Below, piece by piece: positions 56,919 through 64,000 of a stretch of DNA of 64,000 bases (within the stretch, counting starts at the first letter, position 1; each line of letters starts with the position of its first letter). A program made the position numbers and the translations under genes. Source of the DNA: Amoebidium appalachense (lineage: Eukaryota > Protista > Ichthyosporea). Under the pieces are notes generated by a model, which made no database searches, had not been told where the DNA came from, and saw only the letters and a program-made list of their open reading frames with translations. The stretch covers positions 5,418,310 to 5,482,309 of the forward strand of contig CAVNZM010000008.1 in assembly GCA_963693365.1 (NCBI GenBank), given 5' to 3'.

Positions 56919-57754
56919 TGTGTGATCAGGATAAGGGTTTTGGAGAAAGCAACGGGGGGGGGGGGGGGGGGGGGGGATGGGAACCTTTGGGAGAAAAGAA
57001 GAGAAGAGGAGAAGAGGAGAAGAGATCTAGGTGTAGGCGCCAATCGGGATTCTGTTTGTACTACGGTGTGTATAATGAATGTCTACTTGTCGTGTCTGCT
57101 CTGTGTTTGGCAGATCGTAGTTTACACTTGACTTCAGGTGCTGAGGTGATAACGAATGATGATAGGATTATTTATATAAAGGGAACTCCTAAGCCGGGAG
57201 ACGTTGTACGGCGCAGGAGAAAGAGGGAAGGGAATAAGAAACATCGTGTTGCGTGAAGAACATGGCACGGTTTTGTGCATGTTTGTGTATGAAAGGTCGA
57301 TGTATCTCTGTTTAAATTTCTCTTTTCCTTGATTGCGGACGTCGAGCAAAGAAAAATCAGAACAGTGAGCGAAAGGATGATGATGAGGTCGGCTGCGACA
57401 GGTTTATAAAATGGAACAGGGAAGGCCACGTCAACGTTGGGGGATCTGGTGCTGGTGGTAGTGCTGGTGGTGGGTTAGGTCCTGGGAGAGAGGGGGAGGG
57501 GCAGGGAGGGGGGGGGGGGGGGGAGAGGGGGGCAATAAGGGGGGGGGGGGGGGGGGGAGGGGGGGGGAGAGGGGGAATTACTTCTCCGAGATGCAGTTGT
57601 CGGGGTCACTCTCGCAGTCCACAAGGCACATATATCTCTCCCATGACAGCCAGCCCATGGGAGGAGTCAGAGCCAGGCCATTATCGAGCGCAGTGGTGGG
57701 GCGGGAGAAAAGAAGGACAGGAAGGAGGGGGAGCACCCCGAGGGAAAGAAGCAT
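48645..57754 (-). CDS. GH27 alpha-galactosidase / alpha-N-acetylgalactosaminidase (GLA/NAGA-like)
   Basis: Nine phase-consistent exons: 57754-57582, 56731-56589, 55660-55477, 54301-54168, 53077-52903, 52167-52017, 50536-50443, 49647-49544, 48830-48645. Signal peptide, [29 protein letters not shown] (nucleophile), WRNFEDI (acid/base), [27 protein letters not shown] and VRDLF. The last acceptor reads CG. Confidence 0.95.
51470..52500 (-). repeat. Degenerate ~105-130-bp tandem copies of both boundaries of GH27 exon 6
   Basis: Donor-end copies at ~51889-51960, ~51765, ~51600 and ~51475. Acceptor-end copies at ~52270-52330, ~52380-52445 and ~52475. Confidence 0.8.
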
Positions 57755-58088
57755 GTTTGCGTCGATGAGCCTAGAGGCGCGTGTGAGATTTTTTTCTTTT
57801 TTTTTAAATCTTTGGCAAATATTTGGTGGTGCTGAGCAGTACAGCGCATGTAAACTTTTCCTGGTTGTCTAATTTCAACGGTAGTCGTTTCAATGACTGC
57901 TAAAAGTTTTCCCTTGAAGTGTTCGTCGAGTCGTGTGCATCCTTCCAGTCTGTGCACCGGCCAAAACTCAGGATTTGTTTACGTGTGACGTCACATGTTG
58001 CTGGAAATTGCCCATTTATGGTAAGTTTTCGTGAGCCTCCCTGCGCGGCGATTGGTTTACAAAATTTTGGCGCCATTTAAATTTCCCT

Positions 58089-58120
<32 letters not shown>

Positions 58121-58124
<4 letters not shown>

Positions 58125-58400
58125 GAATGCGGAATACGGTACGAAGTACGCATGCACGATGAGAAGCATGGTGCAGGACGCATGCAAAGGCAAATATTCA
58201 AGTATGCAACATCAGCCATGTGCACAGTCACAGCGTTATAAGCAGAGCGGCCTCAGGGAGGGCCCAAGTCATCAATTGCGTCTGAGTTTCGACCCCTTAG
58301 CCCGCGTATATCAACGCTCCGACTCAGACAGCAGCATTAACTGAACTTGGAAGGATCAACCAGTCTTGATCAAAGACGAGCAGGGTTGCTTATGCAAGCA
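58121..58400 (-). mobile_element. Dispersed repeat family A, subfamily 1 (longer copy)
   Basis: Starts at a poly-G edge with GGTTGAATGCG. Reverse complement of 7895-8125, with an extension shared with the 32-kb copy. Confidence 0.8.
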
Positions 58401-58747
58401 ATTGGCCAAGGTGAGCAAAACGGTGAAGATGCTTATTGTGAAAACTATTAGCAGTTCAACGAAAAATGCGCATGTGCTTACAGAGGAGGAGGGGGGGGGG
58501 GGGGGGGGGGGGGTTGTAAATGACGTTACAGAGTACATTAGTTGTTTCGAAGCACACATGGCCAAAGCAATGCAGAGTGCAGAACACAAGTATCATGAAA
58601 AAACTGTATCAGCTGAGAGGGAGCGAGAGGGTGCACGACGTACGTGCGTGACACTGAGCTGTACAGGTGTGTGTCTGTGTGTGTCTGACGTGTGTGCGTG
58701 TGCGCCTGCATGTGCGTGCACGCGCCCGTGTGTGTGTGCACACTGTG

Positions 58748-58780
<33 letters not shown>

Positions 58781-60027
58781 CTAAGTAGCACCCCACGTGT
58801 GTCCCAGTGGGGAGGGCTCGATGCAGCAGTGGTACCGGGTGGTGTGGAACATCTAAACAGTCATGCAGTGACATGCACATCTTGTGTACGTGTGAACATC
58901 TTGTGTACGTGTGACCAAAAGTTTCTGTGTATGTGGGTGGGGCCACCGGGAGGGGTTGTGTCTCCCTAGGCGTGGTGGTGTACACACTGTGCTGGAATAT
59001 ATACTGTGTGTGTTTGTGTGTGTGTATGCACCTGTGAAAATATGTGTATTTGTGCATGATTCTTGGGCTTGTGTGTGTGCGCGTGTGGGGGGAGGGGGGT
59101 TGGGGGGGGGGGGGGCGGGGTATCGCCCACGGCACGGTGTGAACACGCCGTCATCGGGGCATGTGTGTGTGTGTGCAAGGGGGAGCACAAGAAGTTACAG
59201 ACGTCACAGCATACAAATTCGAAGTACACGTTGAAAACAATAAGGAACATGTCAATGCAATGTAGAGGGGAGTGCAAGGCACACCAACATACAGAGGAAG
59301 GAATAGAGTGTGTAGGAAAGATAAGTTATAGTGTGTTGGAACGAGAAGGGGGGGGGGGGGGGGGCGCGGGGAGGAAAGGGGGAGGCAATGTCGCCCTTGG
59401 CTTGGTGGTGTACCCGCAGGGTCTGTGTGTGTGGGTACACGCATAAGTGGGTCACAGCATGTGTGTGCATTATGTTGCATGCCTGCCCAATGCATGTGTG
59501 CTGGGGGCACCGGGGGGGGGGGGGGGGAGGCAGAGGAGCAACATGGAACAAAGAATCGTAAGGACAACACGAAACGAGAGGTTAGCGCAATTCTATTTAT
59601 TATACCGGGCCCATTTGCCCAGTACTAATAATACCCACCAGTCAGCACCAGGCTCTCATCTGTACAGTTAAGGTTCGCATCTTATTATAGCATAACCCCC
59701 TTAAAGCAGGCAAATACTTGTGAAGGGGAACACTGTTCATACCCGACACATTCCTTCTGAACACGTCTAGAATGAGAAGAAGGGCCCACACGCCAGTGCA
59801 CAGCTATCCAATCATTCATATGACCGCACGTGGGTCAGCAATACATCTGTGTGTGGCACGTCAAAATTAAGTGTCCTACAAACACTAGCAATAAATAATA
59901 ACCAGAAATACAAACGGTAAGAGAAACAAAAACAATTCAGCAAAATAATCGGAAAAAAAACAAAAGCAATACAAAAAATAAACTATTTAGTCATGCACGT
60001 GAATTACCCGCACATGGACCACATAAC

Positions 60028-61351
60028 TTAATCGACCTCCTCAATGGTGGGGCCGCCAGCGGAGGCACCCCCGCTGGACGCACCGCCGAAGCCGCCTGGG
60101 GCACCACCGGGCATACCACCGGGCATGCCACCCGGCATACCGCCAGCACCACCGGCGCCCTGGTAGAGCTTGGTGATGATGGGGTTGCAAACACCCTCGA
60201 GCTCCTTCTGGTGCTCCTCGAACTCCTCCTTGGCAGCCATCTGGTTGCTCTCGAGCCACTTGAGCACCTGGGGGGGGGGGGGGGAGTGGGTTAGTGTCTT
60301 TGCAACCCCTATGTGCAAGCGAACCGTAATCATAGGAAAGCTATACAATGGCATCAAACCAATCGAACCAAAAGTGCAAGAAGAGTCCAATAGAAAGGTT
60401 CGCTGTTGAGAAGGGGAATCCGGGGGGAGGGGGCAGGACGTGAGATATGCAAGAGGAACAGGGGAAAGGAAGCAATGCAAGAGGAACAGGGAAAAGGAAG
60501 CAAACAGGTGGTGAATGCACACCTCGTCGGCCTTGTGGATGATGGTGTTGCGGTCCTCGTCGCTGAGCTTGTCCTTGAGCTTGGGGTCCTCAACCGTGTT
60601 CTTGATGTTGAAGGCATAGCTCTCAAGGGCGTTCTTGGAAGCCACGCGGTCCTTCTGCTCATCGTCCTGCTTCTTGAACTTTTCGGCCTCGGAAACCATG
60701 CGCTCGATCTCCTCCTTGGACAGACGGCCCTTGTCGTTGGTGATGGTGATCTTGTTCTCGCGGCCGGTGCTCTTGTCCATGGCAGACACGTTAAGGATAC
60801 CGTTGGCATCGATGTCGAAGGTCACCTCGATCTGGGGCACACCGCGGGGTGCAGGGGGGATGCCGGTGAGCTCGAACTTGCCGAGAAGGTTGTTGTCCTT
60901 GGTCATGGCACGCTCACCCTCGTACACCTGGATAAGCACACCGGGCTGGTTGTCGGCGTACGTTGTGAAGGTCTGCGTCTGCTTGGTAGGCACAGTCGTG
61001 TTGCGCTTGATGAGGGGGGTCATCACACCGCCAGCAGTTTCGATACCGAGAGACAGGGGGGCGACATCGAGCAGCAGAAGATCGGACACGGCCTCGTGCT
61101 TATCGCCGGAAAGAATGGCGGCCTGGACGGCGGCACCGTAGGCGACGGCCTCATCAGGGTTAATGCTCTTGTTGAGCTCACGGCCGTTGAACCAGTCGGA
61201 GAGGAGCTTGCACACCTTGGGGATACGGGTGGAGCCACCGACAAGCACAATGTCGTTGATCTGAGCCTTGTCGAGCTTGGCATCGCGCACGGCCTTCTCG
61301 ACGGGGTCGAGGGTGGAGCGGAAGAGGTCAGCGCAGAGCTCCTCGAAGCGG

Positions 61352-61383
<32 letters not shown>

Positions 61384-63072
61384 CTCGAACAGAGAGTCGA
61401 TCTCAATGGAGGCCTGGGCAGAGGAGGAGAGGGTACGCTTGGCGCGCTCACAAGCTGTGCGGAGACGGCGGAGGGCGCGGGGGTTGGTGGTCAGATCCTT
61501 CTTGTGCTTGCGCTTGAACTCCTGGGCGAAGTGGTTAACCATGCGGTTGTCGAAGTCCTCGCCGCCCAAGTGGGTGTCACCGGCAGTGGACTTGACCTCG
61601 AAGATACCGTCCTCAATGGTCAGGATGGACACATCGAAGGTTCCGCCACCGAGATCGAAAATGAGCACGTTGCGCTCATCGCCGACCTTCTTGTCAAGAC
61701 CGTAGGCAATGGCAGCGGCGGTGGGCTCGTTAATGATACGGAGCACATTCATACCGGAGATGGTGCCGGCATCCTTAGTGGCCTGGCGCTGGCTGTCGTT
61801 GAAGTAGGCCTGTGGAGGGACAAGTGGACGTGTAAGTGACTTGGAACATACTGAAGGTGTTGGTGTTGGATATGTGGGCTGCGTGCCAAAGGGTTTAGAC
61901 CAGGTAAGAATAGTCTTGCAGTGGTGTACGTTTATATCTTAAGCCTTACAAATGGAAGTTGTGTTTTCAAGACAACAGGCAGGTGCAGGATACAGTGCAA
62001 AGACCAAAGGGATGGTGTAGTAAGTCAGTTCGAAGAGGGGGTGGGGTGGAGTGGGGGCGGGGGTAGGGGGAGGAATGGTGGAGCCGAGAATGGTAGGAGG
62101 GGTGGTTGGATACGTACGGGGACAGTGACGACGGCGTTGGGGACGGGGTAACCGAGGTAGGCCTCAGCCGTCTCCTTCATCTTGTTCAGCACCATGGAGG
62201 AGATCTCCTCGGGGGAGAAGCGCTTCTTCTCACCCATAAATTCGACCTCGATCATGGGCTTGTTGTTCACGTCAACGACGGAGAAGGGGAAATGCTTCAT
62301 GTCAGACTGCACAGAGGGGTCGTTGAAGCGACGGCCGATCAGGCGCTTAGCGTCGAAAACGGTGTTCTCGGGGTTCATGGCCACCTGGAGAGGGGGAACA
62401 ATCCAGTCAGAACATGGTGAGAGAGGCAAGAGCAGTGCAACCGGGGCCACACAAGCGGGGGGAAAAGACAAGGAGTAATGATTCCCTGGCTCGAACCAGA
62501 AACCCCGTGGTAGCAGGAAACACAGTTACACGCGTGAAGATAAACGAGAGGCCCAACAAAAAGGGAATTGGAAAAAGCAAACCTAACTCAGATCTTCGAG
62601 GTCTCTCTTAAAAGAACATTCCGAAACAAGCAGGAATCAGTCACTTTCTACAAACCCCATATCGATGAATTTCAATAGCAATAGAGTAGAAGTGAAAGCA
62701 AACCAATACCCCAAAACATGCTTGGAAATAGGCAAGTGCACGTGTGCAGCTCAACAACGGACCAAAGTAAGTGCAGTGCTTACTGTGAATCTCCATGCAC
62801 GATGGGGAGGAGAGAAGAAGTGTGTGTACACAGGGGGAGGAGGGCGAGAAGCACACAAAAAGAGAACACGGATACATACAGCAGGAAAGAACACACACCT
62901 GGTTCTTGGCGGCATCACCAACCAGACGCTCGGTGTCAGTGAAGGCGACATAGCTGGGGGTAGTGCGGTTACCCTGGTCGTTGGCGATGATCTCCACCTT
63001 ACCGTGCTGGAACACACCCACGCAAGAGTAGGTGGTACCCAGATCGATACCCACACACGTAACCTTTGCCAT
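60028..63072 (-). CDS. HSP70: Cytosolic HSP70/HSC70
   Basis: Exons 63072-62899, 62384-62118, 61809-60523 and 60267-60028, all phase 0, give 655 aa. [39 protein letters not shown] repeats and GPTIEEVD terminus. Confidence 0.98.
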
Positions 63073-63854
63073 CTTCTCTCTCTGTCAACTAGACTGCTAA
63101 CCGAAAAGAGGAATAGGGAGACACGTTCAACAGTAGAACGCGCGAACAGGTGAAAACTGAAGCTTGTGCCGACGTGTGTGAGCTTTTTGTAGCCGGCGGA
63201 GCAGCGAGTCACACATGGTGTCCGGAGTTTTCCTGTTAGGTCATGTGCGAGTGCGCGGCGACACAGTTTTCTGATTGGCCCATTATTTTGGGAGTCGAGC
63301 TTTTGGCCAAATATGGCTAAGGAGATTCGGAATGGGGCCATGGATGCTTTGAAAATCGGGAAAAATATCCAGACGGGGGCAATGGAAATGCTGGGCCGCG
63401 GAGAGATGAATGTCGATCAAATACAGCTGTTAAATATAAATATAAAGAATTACGCCACGTAAAAAAGTATGCGGATATCAATTATATTATCTTATACACC
63501 TAGAAAAAAAATTGGGCATTTTTAGCAAGTTTAAATTTAATACATGCCTTGCTAACACATGTGCAATTCTACACGTGTTCCTGGAATGTTGGTTTGCCCA
63601 CCTCTGAAACTTGCGTTCGGATGTAGTGATGTTCTGGACTTGCGGCAAGCCCGCCAACCTTTGAATTCGAGCGCACTGGTTGGCTGTTCAGATTTGACGC
63701 TCAAAATCCTGATGTGATTGGCTAAAAGTCATTCTTATGCCCCAAGCTTACGTAGACCCAACAAAAGCGCCGTTCACTTTCGCGAAAACACACTTTGTGT
63801 TCCAACTTCAAGTTTCCTTCTTTTTGTTGAAGTTCCCTAAACCGGTCCCTCTCG

Positions 63855-63857
<3 letters not shown>

Positions 63858-63915
<58 letters not shown>
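63858..63915. repeat. (CT)n microsatellite upstream of HSP70
   Basis: Direct dinucleotide run. GAGA-type regulatory function is not established. Confidence 0.85.
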
Positions 63916-63918
<3 letters not shown>

Positions 63919-64000
63919 GCTGTCTTTTTATATATTTGTTTATGTAGATATGCATATGAGTCGCCGTCTGCCTCTCGGTCTTTCTGTGACTCGCCCACTC

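Noticed and set aside
60285-60410. H/ACA snoRNA in HSP70 intron 3
   Set aside because: Hairpin and ACA are present, but there is no ANANNA H box and the ACA overlaps the branch-point sequence.
60406-61839. 477-aa ORF antisense to HSP70
   Set aside because: Well-known shadow ORF produced by HSP70 codon bias. No independent evidence.
63150-63700. Heat-shock elements upstream of HSP70
   Set aside because: Only imperfect TTC/GAA pairs with wrong spacing. No three-unit nGAAn array found.

Overview
Eukaryotic genomic DNA. The animal-like but non-animal gene content suggests a unicellular holozoan such as an ichthyosporean (inference). Introns and intergenic DNA are saturated with (CA)n/(GT)n, (GA)n and poly-C/poly-G/poly-A tracts, which generate most of the spurious ORFs in the ORF track. 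Seven genes were rebuilt by hand from splice sites and reading phase: a secreted multi-EGF/mucin protein (+, ~2270-9779), syntaxin-16 (-, 12185-17156), a secreted flavin amine oxidase (+, 25998-28479), an intronless cyclin Y (-, 34961-36313), a cathepsin B-like protease (-, 39589-45718), a GH27 alpha-galactosidase/NAGA (-, 48645-57754) and cytosolic HSP70 (-, 60028-63072). There is also a probable decayed Pro-rich gene (-, ~18-22 kb). Repeats include a perfect 12x73-bp array, a hAT-type MITE, a 255-bp foldback in a syntaxin intron with a dispersed sister copy, and a dispersed family anchored on poly-C tracts. The most unusual signals are four: (1) many 3' splice sites have pure (CA)n in place of a polypyrimidine tract, one of them ending in CG instead of AG; (2) some introns have a G/GT-rich 5' half and a C/CA-rich 3' half that could fold back; (3) decaying 'echo' copies of both boundaries of one GH27 exon, with synonymous-biased divergence; (4) the poly(C)-anchored, one-end-fixed repeat family. 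All family assignments come from recalled motifs, not from database searches.
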